Sequence record: OL739525.1
Length of the DNA: 64,000 bases
Direction: 5' to 3' (one strand)
Source of the DNA: Escherichia phage dw-ec
Part shown: positions 24,967-33,782 of the stretch, one piece after another
How positions within the stretch are numbered: the stretch's first letter is position 1
Layout of the letters: every line of letters begins with the position of its first letter
The notes under the pieces: generated by a model
What the model saw: only the letters and a program-made list of their open reading frames with translations
Databases searched by the model: none
Told to the model about the DNA's origin: nothing
Translations under genes and position numbers: made by a program

Positions 24967-25081
24967 AATATCGCTTGCCAGCGGTATCTTTGAAGACCTT
25001 GCCTGGTTCCTTCTAAGATGGAGGGGTGCGACTCCTTAACGCACAATTATAATAAAGCATTTCAAATTAACAGTATTTATT

Positions 25082-25104
25082 AGCCTCCTTATTGGAGGCT
25101 TTTT
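25082..25104 (+). terminator. intrinsic terminator closing the tRNA array
   Basis: AGCCTCC-loop-GGAGGCT hairpin followed by TTTTT. Confidence 0.6.
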
Positions 25105-25123
25105 GCTATCTATTGAATAAAAC

Positions 25124-25152
25124 TTGACTTATTATTTTTTATATGTTAAGAT
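25124..25152 (+). promoter_or_regulatory. sigma70-like promoter (TTGACT-17-TGtTAAGAT)
   Basis: Hexamers upstream of the 25174 gene; shares TATGTTA motif with array promoters. Confidence 0.45.
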
Positions 25153-25173
25153 AAAGTTTAGGAGGATTTTATT

Positions 25174-25470
25174 ATGCCTAAACTAAAACGTGGTCGTGGA
25201 AGACCAACAGCCGAAATGCAACAGATCTACGCAATGGATGCGGCGCAAGCAAGTGTAAAAGAATTATTTGCAGAGCATTATTTAGAAGCTATGCGATATA
25301 TTGTTGAACTTGTTAATGATAAGGATGCAGCAAAACCTCTCCGCTTCCAAGCAGCTAAAGCTATTAAAGAGCAAGTAGAAGAATGGTTAGAAGAACATTA
25401 TGAAGCTATGGAAGAAGAAACCCCTGCCGTGCAGAATACAGATGACGTTCCTAAAAAGATCGTAATCTAA
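25174..25470 (+). CDS. hypothetical DNA-binding protein (KRGRGRP motif); small-terminase candidate
   Basis: N-terminal basic AT-hook-like KRGRGRPT; AGGAGG RBS; upstream of terminase region. Confidence 0.35.
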   Translation: MPKLKRGRGRPTAEMQQIYAMDAAQASVKELFAEHYLEAMRYIVELVNDKDAAKPLRFQAAKAIKEQVEEWLEEHYEAMEEETPAVQNTDDVPKKIVI

Positions 25471-25485
25471 TCCCTCTCCTCTCTT

Positions 25486-25550
25486 GGGGCTTTGCCCCTC
25501 CTCCTTGTTATTTTTAACACCCCTCTCCGAAAGGTTAGGGGCTTTTTTTA
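25486..25550 (+). terminator. tandem intrinsic terminator hairpins
   Basis: GGGGC-TTT-GCCCC then CCCCT...AGGGG hairpin followed by CTTTTTTTATTTTT. Confidence 0.5.
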
Positions 25551-25560
25551 TTTTTAATGC

Positions 25561-25590
25561 TTGCAATTGTATATCATTTTGTGATAAGAT
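25561..25590 (+). promoter_or_regulatory. sigma70-like promoter (TTGCAA-18-TGaTAAGAT)
   Basis: Hexamers upstream of GAGGAGGA RBS and ATG at 25612. Confidence 0.45.
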
Positions 25591-25611
25591 CAGATATGAG
25601 GAGGATAAAAT

Positions 25612-25782
25612 ATGCGCAATTTTGTAGTTAAAAATGATTTTAACCGTTCTTCTTATCATAAAGATAAAAAGAATGATTACACACGGGTTTGGAACTTGGA
25701 GGAAGAACTTTATGATGACAGAGAAGACTTGGGAAGAGATCCTAGCGGAGGCTCAACCAATGGAAGTGAAGAAGATAGTTAA
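25612..25782 (+). CDS. small hypothetical acidic protein (56 aa, not in ORF track)
   Basis: ATG 7 nt after GAGGAGGA RBS; overlaps track ORF 25634..25849 in another frame. Confidence 0.3.
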   Translation: MRNFVVKNDFNRSSYHKDKKNDYTRVWNLEEELYDDREDLGRDPSGGSTNGSEEDS

Positions 25783-25832
25783 CAACGCCCCTTCTCTTCC
25801 TAAAATAAAATTTTATGAGGAAGTAGAAGATA

Positions 25833-26225
25833 ATGAATCTAAAGACTAAAACTGTATTAAGTTTTGTTTTAATTGTTGTTCTTATTCTTGCCGGAATGTT
25901 TGCTTATAACAAGATACGTGAGTCTGGTTACAAAGATGGTGTTGCCTATCAAACGCAAGTATATCAAGCAGCCCAAGCAAAAGCAAAACAAGATTTCGAT
26001 GTTCTTCAAAAAAGAGCGGATGAAGAAAGAGCATTATTAAATACTCAAATAAACAACTTGTCTAAAAACAATGCACAATTAAAAGCAGATTTAGAGAAGA
26101 AGAAACAAACGATCAATGAGGATACAACGAATTATGCAAAAACTAATTCTGGCAGTATGTCTTGCTTTGCCCCTAATGATGACGGGTTGTTCATCATCAA
26201 CAAAAGTTTCCCCAGTTCTTATTGA
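25833..26225 (+). CDS. i-spanin-like protein (N-terminal TM helix plus coiled coil)
   Basis: TM helix VLSFVLIVVLILAGMFAY followed by Ala/Gln/Lys-rich helical region; 130 aa. Confidence 0.45.
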   Translation: MNLKTKTVLSFVLIVVLILAGMFAYNKIRESGYKDGVAYQTQVYQAAQAKAKQDFDVLQKRADEERALLNTQINNLSKNNAQLKADLEKKKQTINEDTTNYAKTNSGSMSCFAPNDDGLFIINKSFPSSY

Positions 26226-26460
26226 TGAGTGTAAGGCTGTAGCCATAGAAAAGGTTAAAGGTCCAGATTCGGACTTGATGGATAAAGTATCGACACCTGT
26301 GCCATACACTAAAAATCAAATTGCAAAAGGGGCTAGTAGATCTGAAGTTGTTAACAACCAAACTCAAAACAATGCTCTTTGGGAGCAAGATAGACGAAAG
26401 GTTCTAGGTTTACAAACATATATTAAAACACTGCAAGAAAAAGGTATTATTGCTGAATAA
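26116..26460 (+). CDS. o-spanin-like lipoprotein, overlapped architecture
   Basis: Signal peptide with lipobox-like LMMTGC; starts inside the i-spanin-like gene in another frame and extends past it. Confidence 0.45.
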   Translation: MRIQRIMQKLILAVCLALPLMMTGCSSSTKVSPVLIDECKAVAIEKVKGPDSDLMDKVSTPVPYTKNQIAKGASRSEVVNNQTQNNALWEQDRRKVLGLQTYIKTLQEKGIIAE

Positions 26461-26469
26461 GGAGGGAAT

Positions 26470-28545
26470 GTGGCAAAGAAAAAGGCAGCAGGTAGTTTAG
26501 CTGGAGTAGATATTGAAGTAAAGGCTCAACCAGGTAAACAGACTCTTGCAATGGATTTAATGCCAGAAGTTATGATTTATGGTGGTGCCGCTGGATGTGT
26601 TTCTGCTGAAACGGAATATCTTACAAAAGATGGTTGGAGGCAGATTAGTGAATATTCGGGAGAGGATATTTACCAATACAATCCTAAGAATAAGCGTTTA
26701 GAATTGGTAACACCTTATTTTGTAGAATACGATTTAAATGGAGATAACCTATACAGAATAACAAATGGTGTAGGATTGTTCCAAGAACTTAGTATGGAAC
26801 ACCGTTTTGTATTCTATAAGAAAAAGAAATCAAAGAAACATTTCGAGATTCTTGTAGGAGATCTTATTGCATTACAGCAAATAGGAAAACCCCTTCAAGG
26901 TTATGTAGAAAATCCATTCGGTAAACGTGTTCCTTTTAACATACCTGGTAAAAAGAGCACTTACTTAAAAATACACGAGGTTATTTCAACAGATGATAAG
27001 AAATATTGTTTTGAGACTCCAAGCAGTTATATTGTCTTTAGACGTGGCGATCACTGCTTCGTTACTGGGAATAGCGGCAAGTCTCGTCTGCTATTGCTGA
27101 AAGCTTTAAAATACGCCTACAAAGACCCTTTGTTTGGTGGAATACTTTTCCGTAAGAACACCACTGCTCACCGTAAACCAGGTGGTCTGTTTACAGAAGC
27201 AAAACGTTTGTATCTTCCTTTACAACCGCACGTAAAAGAAAGTACAATGGATATCATTTTTGAAGCCACTGGTGGTGGAACCCTCAAATTTGACCATTTG
27301 GAAAATGATAACGTAACAGCAGAAACAAACCATCAGGGTACACAGTATTCAATGGTAGGTTTTGACGAGTTAACCCACTTCACACAATATGAAATGCTCT
27401 ATCTTCTGGGACGTATGCGTTCAGAGTCAGAAACAAGTTTCATGTTGTGCACATGTAACCCTGACGCAGATAGTTGGGTTTTGAATTGGGTGTTACCTTA
27501 TCTTGATGAGGGTGGTTATCCTAGAGAAGATATGTGTGGTAAACAAAAATATTTCATCATTGTTAACGATGAACCTGTTTTTGCTGACACACCTGAAGAA
27601 CTGAAAGAAAAATATCCAGAAAACTGTTTCATGGAAAACCCTAATACAGGGGAGACAGTTGTTATTGAACCACAAACTTTCGTATTTATTGGTGGGACAA
27701 TATTTGATAACCCAGAACTCATTAGGCTTAACCCTAATTACTTAGCACAGCTTAAATCACAAACAGCGATTAAAAGAGCACAGCTTCTGGACGGTTGTTG
27801 GTTTGCACGTATTCAGAAAGAATCTTTCTTTCAACGTGAATGGTTACATAAAATATCTTATAAAGATGTTCCTAACAATCTTAAACTAATGCGAGCATGG
27901 GATAAAGCTGTTTCAGTTCCTACAGAAACTTACCGTTATCCAGACTATACAACATCTGTCAAAATGGGTAAAGACCAAGATGGTAATATCTACATCTTTG
28001 GCGACTATGATTATGATGCTGTGGATGAGAAAAGTAAAATTTTTGGAAGGTTTCGAAGACTACCTGGGGAAAGGGATAACCTGATTCTAAATCAATGTAA
28101 GATCGATGGACCAGAAGTTACAGTAGTTCTTCCTAAAGACCCATCTGGTGCTGGGACAATAGAATATACAGAGTCTGCAAAGAAACTCATTCTGGAAGGT
28201 TTTGTTGTTAAACCAGATGCTATGCCAGGTAACAAGAAAAAGCTTCAGCGTTTTATGCCTTTTAGTAGTGCGTGTCAAAACGGTTTTGTTTATATTGTTG
28301 AAGATTCTTTCCCTAATGTGGAAACTTTAACCCACTTTTATAAAGAATTGGAATCTTTCAATGGTGAAAGATCTACAGCCACTATTAAAGATGACATTCC
28401 CGATGCTGCTGCCTCTTGTTTTAATACTCTGTCAAAAGAGAATACTTTCAAGGCAGTAGCTATCCCTACAACAACAAATGCTCCTACAGGATACAGTAGA
28501 ATGAACAGCGGATTTCACCAACCGTATAGTGTCCGTAAAAGATAA
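26470..28545 (+). CDS. terminase large subunit, interrupted by an in-frame mini-intein
   Basis: GTG start; Walker A split as GGAAG / insert / SGKS; 691 aa; located before portal. Confidence 0.85.
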   Translation: MAKKKAAGSLAGVDIEVKAQPGKQTLAMDLMPEVMIYGGAAGCVSAETEYLTKDGWRQISEYSGEDIYQYNPKNKRLELVTPYFVEYDLNGDNLYRITNGVGLFQELSMEHRFVFYKKKKSKKHFEILVGDLIALQQIGKPLQGYVENPFGKRVPFNIPGKKSTYLKIHEVISTDDKKYCFETPSSYIVFRRGDHCFVTGNSGKSRLLLLKALKYAYKDPLFGGILFRKNTTAHRKPGGLFTEAKRLYLPLQPHVKESTMDIIFEATGGGTLKFDHLENDNVTAETNHQGTQYSMVGFDELTHFTQYEMLYLLGRMRSESETSFMLCTCNPDADSWVLNWVLPYLDEGGYPREDMCGKQKYFIIVNDEPVFADTPEELKEKYPENCFMENPNTGETVVIEPQTFVFIGGTIFDNPELIRLNPNYLAQLKSQTAIKRAQLLDGCWFARIQKESFFQREWLHKISYKDVPNNLKLMRAWDKAVSVPTETYRYPDYTTSVKMGKDQDGNIYIFGDYDYDAVDEKSKIFGRFRRLPGERDNLILNQCKIDGPEVTVVLPKDPSGAGTIEYTESAKKLILEGFVVKPDAMPGNKKKLQRFMPFSSACQNGFVYIVEDSFPNVETLTHFYKELESFNGERSTATIKDDIPDAAASCFNTLSKENTFKAVAIPTTTNAPTGYSRMNSGFHQPYSVRKR
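26596..27072 (+). mobile_element. mini-intein (Hint domain, about 159 aa) inserted in the terminase Walker A P-loop
   Basis: Insert starts with Cys (CVSAETEYLTKDG, block A-like), has SMEH block B-like motif, ends ...FVTGN followed by Ser; excision restores GGAAGSGKS (GxxxxGKS). Confidence 0.55.
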
Positions 28546-28548
28546 TTG

Positions 28549-28577
28549 TTGACAAAAGTCACTTTAAAGTGTATTAT
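28549..28577 (+). promoter_or_regulatory. sigma70-like promoter (TTGACA-17-TATTAT)
   Basis: Consensus hexamers between terminase and portal genes. Confidence 0.5.
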
Positions 28578-28646
28578 AACTAGATAGGTGAGGTTGTATA
28601 TAATACAGCCTTGCCTTAACGATTTTATACCTGACTGGAGGAACAA

Positions 28647-30212
28647 GTGTCAACAGGAAAAAGAACGTACACTAAAAAGTCAGAATACTGGGACAAAGGT
28701 GCTGCAAATAAAGCTGCTCTCTCTCCAACAAAAGAAGCAGAGAAAGAGAAAACGTTACTCCTGTCACCTGAAATAGGAACGATCGGATTAAACTCAATCA
28801 AAGCATTTACGAATTTCATGCAACCCTATGAGACTCGTTTCCCAGAATGTATTCGCACTTTTAAAGAGATGGGTGAAGACCCTGATGTAGCTACTGCTCT
28901 TGACGCTACATATATCTTTGTAGATAGAGCATTCTTTGATTTCAAGATAAAATACAATGTAAACTCGGCAAAGTCAAGAAAAGCTGCTAAGTTTATTGAT
29001 TACATGTTACGCAATATGCAAGCCCCTCTACGTCAATATGTTAGATCACTTTTGACATATAAGCAATATGGTTTTGCATTCGCAGAGAAAGTTTATGAGT
29101 TGGATGAAGATCCTAAAAGTCCTTACTTTGGGTATTGGCGATTGACCAAATTGGCTTTTAGACCACAAGACACTCTTCACATGGCTCAACCTTTTACATA
29201 TTCGGCAGACGGACGTTCTATTCTATCTGTTAACCAGAATATCACCAATACGATGTTAGCTCCAGGTAATACAACTTTAGAAACGGGTATTAAAGAAATT
29301 CCTTTCAGTAAAGTTTTATTTGTTGGTAGCAACATTACAGAGAATAACCCATTAGGAGTTAGTCCGCTTTTAGCTGTATATCGTAGCTGGCGTGAAAAAT
29401 CTCTTATTCAGGAATTTGAGGTTATTGGGGTATCTAAAGATTTAGGCGGTATGCCAGTTCTTAAGGTTCCAAGTGACATTCTAAACAGGGCATCTTTAGA
29501 TCCTGCGGGGGATGAAGCACAATCTCTTCGAGTTCTCCAAGCCAACATCGCTAACCTGCACTCTGGTGAGCAAGCCTACATGGTGTTGCCTTCAGACGTT
29601 TATGAAGGCACAGTGATGCGTCAATACGATCTTGTATTCCAAGGTGTTGATGGCACGGGTAAACAGTTTGACACTCAAGCACTAATCAAACAACGTAAAC
29701 TGGATATTTATAACCGCTTTGGTGCGGGTGTGTTGATTATGGGTGATGGTGACGCAGGAAGTTTTGCGCTTTCTGACAACAAACAAACACTATTGTCTCA
29801 TTTTATTGAGCGAGATGTAGATATTGTTGTAGAAGCTATAAACTCTCAACTGATTCCTCAAACACTACGACTAAACAATATCTTCCTTTCTGATGAAGAT
29901 ATGCCTAAGTTTGTCAGTGGTGAAATGGGTGATCCTGATATTGAAGTAAATGCTAAAGCTATTCAGCAGTTGGTAGCCTCTGGTGCAATACCTTTAACCC
30001 CAGAAGTTATTAACGAGTTTCTTGAAAAAATTGGTTTTGAATATCGCATCCCTGATGATATTGTTGCCAATAAAGAGAAATTCTTTGAATTCATGGATAA
30101 CTATATGCCTGACAAAACTTCACGATCAGGAGATGGTTTAGCTACAGCGGGAACTGGAACGTCTGATACTGTTTCTGCTCTAGATCCTTCAGCACAAAAC
30201 CTGTCGAATTAA
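28647..30212 (+). CDS. portal protein
   Basis: 521 aa; position immediately after terminase large subunit; GTG start after GGAGG RBS. Confidence 0.65.
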   Translation: MSTGKRTYTKKSEYWDKGAANKAALSPTKEAEKEKTLLLSPEIGTIGLNSIKAFTNFMQPYETRFPECIRTFKEMGEDPDVATALDATYIFVDRAFFDFKIKYNVNSAKSRKAAKFIDYMLRNMQAPLRQYVRSLLTYKQYGFAFAEKVYELDEDPKSPYFGYWRLTKLAFRPQDTLHMAQPFTYSADGRSILSVNQNITNTMLAPGNTTLETGIKEIPFSKVLFVGSNITENNPLGVSPLLAVYRSWREKSLIQEFEVIGVSKDLGGMPVLKVPSDILNRASLDPAGDEAQSLRVLQANIANLHSGEQAYMVLPSDVYEGTVMRQYDLVFQGVDGTGKQFDTQALIKQRKLDIYNRFGAGVLIMGDGDAGSFALSDNKQTLLSHFIERDVDIVVEAINSQLIPQTLRLNNIFLSDEDMPKFVSGEMGDPDIEVNAKAIQQLVASGAIPLTPEVINEFLEKIGFEYRIPDDIVANKEKFFEFMDNYMPDKTSRSGDGLATAGTGTSDTVSALDPSAQNLSN

Positions 30213-30242
30213 AAATATTTAATATTTTTTAATTTTTCTATT

Positions 30243-30271
30243 GACAAAACAACAAATATCCTGTAGACTAA
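30243..30271 (+). promoter_or_regulatory. sigma70-like promoter (CTATTGACAA-17-TAGACT)
   Basis: Same extended -35 motif as tRNA array promoters. Confidence 0.45.
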
Positions 30272-30305
30272 GATTTATGGGATATCTGTTTTTAAGAGGT
30301 TTCAA

Positions 30306-30785
30306 ATGGAACTCAATAAAGATACACTGTGGGAACTCTTCAAAACCTTCGCTGGTTTTAAAGAGAATTCTGAATCCCAACAAGATTCTATACCATCTCA
30401 AAAACCTGAAACTCTAGTCAAACAAAATAAATTTGATGAAGAAAAGATGCAGGTTATTGAGGTCTTGTATTGTCCACCTGAAGAAGACGATCTCCACGGA
30501 GAGCGCATGTCTGATTTGGAAATCAGGAAGATGGTTGACAACTTCAATGAGAATATTACCAATATTAGCGGTAATCTTGGTCACATGAAGAACACCGATA
30601 AGTTTGCTCCAATTAAAGCTTGGGTAAATGAAGTCGATTGTTACATTGGTGACGAACTCGTTGTGGAAGGAACTCCCCTCGTTAAAATCCAATTCAACGA
30701 CCCTGAATTATATCAAGCTCGTAAAGACGGCGTTCTTAAAGGTTTGAGTATAGGCGCAATGGGCGTTAAAGTCAAGAAGGACTAA
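30306..30785 (+). CDS. head morphogenesis protein (possible prohead protease or scaffold accessory)
   Basis: 159 aa, between portal and scaffold genes; function by position only. Confidence 0.35.
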   Translation: MELNKDTLWELFKTFAGFKENSESQQDSIPSQKPETLVKQNKFDEEKMQVIEVLYCPPEEDDLHGERMSDLEIRKMVDNFNENITNISGNLGHMKNTDKFAPIKAWVNEVDCYIGDELVVEGTPLVKIQFNDPELYQARKDGVLKGLSIGAMGVKVKKD

Positions 30786-30787
30786 TC

Positions 30788-31903
30788 GTGGCAAATACAT
30801 ATTTAACTAACGTAGACTTTTCAGGAAAAGCTACGGAAGAGTCACTAGGTGCTCATATTGCTTACACTTTTGATTTTCAAGGTGGAGCGGCATCTGGTTA
30901 TAATACCCCCCTTTTATTTAAGTCAGACGGATCTCCAGACATAACTTTTGAAAAGTTAGAAGCTCTCACTAAAATGGGAGAAGATGTTACAGAGTTACGT
31001 AAAAGCTATATTCAACAAGTGATGGATCGCATTTCTGAAAAAGTGCGTGAAAAATTTGAAGCTGGTTGGGATTGGGTTTACGTTATTGATGCTGACTTCG
31101 ATGCGAACGTTGCAATTTTCTGTTCAGATAACGGTATGTTCTCTGTTGGCTTTAAAGTTGACGGACTGAATGTTGAAGTTGAAGAGGTTGCTAAACCTGT
31201 TGTTCGTGTTACTGATTATCAAGTTGTTGATGGTGATGTAATGATCTCCATTGATTTCTTTGAGGACGTTTTAGACGATGCTTTGAGTAATCTCGTTAAG
31301 AGTTCCTTAAAACAAAGTCAAGTTAAAGATTATTTAGTGAAAGCTCACGCTAAAGCTAATACAAACTCTGTGGATGCAGAGGCTAACCCCGCAGGTGATA
31401 AATCTGCAAACACAACTGGAATCAATAAAGGAGAAACCCCTTTGGAAAATATCAACAAAGAAGAATTCCTGAAATCTGCTGAATTCCAAGAACTGATGAA
31501 AGCACAGATCGCTGAAGCTGTAGAAAAAGCAGCCGCAGATGCACGTGCAGCCGCAGAACTTGAAGCACAGGAAAAAATCGCTAAGGCAGAACAGGAAGCA
31601 GAAGAACTTCGTAAAGCTGAACAAGCTCGTATCGAAGAAGAATATACAACTGTTGTTAAATCCTATTCTTTCGTAGAAGAAGACAAAGTTGAAGCTCTCG
31701 TTAAATATCTGGTAGACAATAAAGATATCGCTGAAACTATCGTCAAAGCATTCGAAAAAGCACGTGCAGAAGTGGACGCAGTTAAGAAAGAATTTGGAAC
31801 AGAACGTGGTGTTGACGTGATCAATACTCAACCTGTAGCTAAATCTTCTTCTGAACTGATTAGTCAGAAAGCTGCTGAACTTAAAAAAGCCCAGAAACAA
31901 TAA
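30788..31903 (+). CDS. scaffolding protein
   Basis: Ala/Glu/Lys-rich coiled-coil C-terminal half (AAADARAAAELEAQEKIAKAEQEAEELRKAEQ); upstream of capsid gene; 371 aa. Confidence 0.5.
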   Translation: MANTYLTNVDFSGKATEESLGAHIAYTFDFQGGAASGYNTPLLFKSDGSPDITFEKLEALTKMGEDVTELRKSYIQQVMDRISEKVREKFEAGWDWVYVIDADFDANVAIFCSDNGMFSVGFKVDGLNVEVEEVAKPVVRVTDYQVVDGDVMISIDFFEDVLDDALSNLVKSSLKQSQVKDYLVKAHAKANTNSVDAEANPAGDKSANTTGINKGETPLENINKEEFLKSAEFQELMKAQIAEAVEKAAADARAAAELEAQEKIAKAEQEAEELRKAEQARIEEEYTTVVKSYSFVEEDKVEALVKYLVDNKDIAETIVKAFEKARAEVDAVKKEFGTERGVDVINTQPVAKSSSELISQKAAELKKAQKQ

Positions 31904-31922
31904 TCTTAGGAGATTAAATTAA

Positions 31923-32321
31923 ATGGCTAAAGGAATTACTTTATCTAACTCTCGCCAGGAATTCGGACACCTGGTTCTGGGTGGAGTGTTTAGCTCTGAC
32001 CTTGGACACTGTGTACGTGAAGTTAACCTGGTTAAAACAGCAACCATGAAAATTGGTTCTATCCTGAAAGCTGACAACACTGAAGCTGCTAAAGCTGAAG
32101 CTGCCGATGCTGCTAAAGTTCTGATTTGGACTGATGCTCTGTTCGGTATTGACGATGTAGCAGTAGGTGACACTTTCACCGCAGTCGTTGGCGTACGTGA
32201 TCTTACTCTGAACCGCTTTGCAGTATACTACAAAGATGGCTCCCTGGTAGATGAAGCTGGCGTAGCAGCACTGGAAACACATGATCTGAAACTGACCGAA
32301 AAAGTCGTTTTCACTTCTTAA
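31923..32321 (+). CDS. head decoration / capsid accessory protein
   Basis: 132 aa directly upstream of major capsid gene; host-optimised codon usage like the capsid gene. Confidence 0.4.
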   Translation: MAKGITLSNSRQEFGHLVLGGVFSSDLGHCVREVNLVKTATMKIGSILKADNTEAAKAEAADAAKVLIWTDALFGIDDVAVGDTFTAVVGVRDLTLNRFAVYYKDGSLVDEAGVAALETHDLKLTEKVVFTS

Positions 32322-32342
32322 TTTTAATAGGAGATTAATATA

Positions 32343-33344
32343 ATGCCAGCAGTAATTTTAGATCAGGTTGTAGATTTCAGCCCTATGATCGAACTTCAGG
32401 ATTCCCCTGATACACTGATTGCCAGCCTGAATCTGTTCAGTGTTGACTATCATTCAACTACCGCTATTGAAATCGGTAAAGAAAAAGCTGAAGATGCTCT
32501 GATCTCCGCTCGTGAGCGTGGTGGTGAGCGTAACTTCCTGAGCATGAAAAATCCAGAACTGAAAGCGTTCCGCATTCCGTTCTTCCCTCTGGATAAAAAC
32601 ATCAAAGCTCAAGATATTCAATCTTTCCGTAGCTTTGCAATGGCAGGAATCAATGACTCTCTGCGCACAGACGCTGAAGTTGTTAACCGCTATATGTCCC
32701 AGATTCTGCGTGACGTAGCAAAAACCAAAGAGAAAATCTTTGCAGAAGCAGTTATGGGTCGTGCCTATAACGGCGTAGGTGGTGCAGCTAACTCTGCATA
32801 CAACTGGTATACCGAATGGGGTGCTACCCAGAAATCTGTTGCTGTAGACTTTGCTTCTACCACTGTTTCTCCAGCAGCCACTATCGAGAAAGAAGCTCGT
32901 GCTTACATCATCGATACTAAACAAGATGGTTCTACCGCTACTCGTATCGTAGCTCTGTGTTCTCGTGAATTTTTCGCATCTCTGGTTAACTCTCCATTTG
33001 TTCGCCAGGCATATCAGTATTTCCAGGGAACTCCTAACCTTCTGCGTGATCGCCTTAGCGGTAACATGGATGTTCAGGTGTTCGAATGGAACGGTGTAAC
33101 TTACATTGAAGATATCCACGGTAACATCCCTGCTGGTGAAGCATATGTTCTGCCTATGGGTATCGAAGGTATGTTCCAGGCGCACTACGCTCCTGCGGAT
33201 ACTCCAGAACTGGCTAACACCCAGGCTCGTGAACTGTATACCTTCATGATCAGCCAGCACCGCACTATTCAGCTTCAGTCTGAATTCTCGCTGCTCGCAG
33301 TTAACACCCGTCCAGAACTGGTAGTTAAACTGACTACGGCTTAA
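32343..33344 (+). CDS. major capsid protein
   Basis: 333 aa; strongly host-adapted codon usage (CTG, CGT, GGT rich); followed by a terminator; position after scaffold. Confidence 0.7.
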   Translation: MPAVILDQVVDFSPMIELQDSPDTLIASLNLFSVDYHSTTAIEIGKEKAEDALISARERGGERNFLSMKNPELKAFRIPFFPLDKNIKAQDIQSFRSFAMAGINDSLRTDAEVVNRYMSQILRDVAKTKEKIFAEAVMGRAYNGVGGAANSAYNWYTEWGATQKSVAVDFASTTVSPAATIEKEARAYIIDTKQDGSTATRIVALCSREFFASLVNSPFVRQAYQYFQGTPNLLRDRLSGNMDVQVFEWNGVTYIEDIHGNIPAGEAYVLPMGIEGMFQAHYAPADTPELANTQARELYTFMISQHRTIQLQSEFSLLAVNTRPELVVKLTTA

Positions 33345-33364
33345 TAGAACTCTGTTAAGATTAG

Positions 33365-33399
33365 AGGCTCGTCCGTGATGGGCGAGCCTTTTCTGTTTA
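33365..33399 (+). terminator. intrinsic terminator after major capsid gene
   Basis: AGGCTCG-loop-CGAGCCT hairpin followed by TTTTCTGTTT. Confidence 0.5.
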
Positions 33400-33428
33400 C
33401 AATAAGAGTTTACAACGAGGAGATTGAT

Positions 33429-33773
33429 ATGTCAAACCCAGAATTGAAACGTTACTTTAGTTATCACGAAATGATTCGTGATTTCGAATCGCTTTCACCA
33501 CTGATCGATGCTGATAAAACATTAGTATCTGCGCCACCAATGTCTTTCTATCTGAAAGATGGTCGTATTGCATTAGGTGGAAACTTCATTCACTTCCTCA
33601 CGCGTTTGAGAGAAGAAACAGGTATTCTTGTGCATCCTTTTGCAAGTGAAGAACACATGGGTTACTATCTTGTAAGTTACGAAGACTATGCACCTGTAAA
33701 AATCAAAGAAGAAGTTTTAAAAGTAGAAGCGGTAGACACTCCAGCTAAAAAACGTTCCCTTCGTAAAAAATAA
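33429..33773 (+). CDS. head-tail connector / completion protein candidate (about 114 aa)
   Basis: Track ORF 33375..33773 trimmed to ATG after AGGAG RBS (longer start lies inside terminator hairpin). Confidence 0.4.
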   Translation: MSNPELKRYFSYHEMIRDFESLSPLIDADKTLVSAPPMSFYLKDGRIALGGNFIHFLTRLREETGILVHPFASEEHMGYYLVSYEDYAPVKIKEEVLKVEAVDTPAKKRSLRKK

Positions 33774-33782
33774 GGTGGGCTT

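Noticed and set aside
25634-25849. 71-aa track ORF starting at 25634
   Set aside because: No RBS at 25634; the region is better explained by a 56-aa ORF at 25612 (strong RBS) and possibly a short ORF from the ATG at 25712; the long form is unlikely
31334-31900. 188-aa minus-strand ORF antisense to the scaffold gene
   Set aside because: Low-complexity Phe/Cys-rich translation of the complement of a Glu/Ala/Lys-rich coding region; an artefact of the sense-strand repeats
32454-33260. 268-aa minus-strand ORF antisense to the major capsid gene
   Set aside because: Lies entirely within the strongly codon-biased capsid gene on the opposite strand; the composition bias removes stops in the antisense frame; no RBS or promoter context
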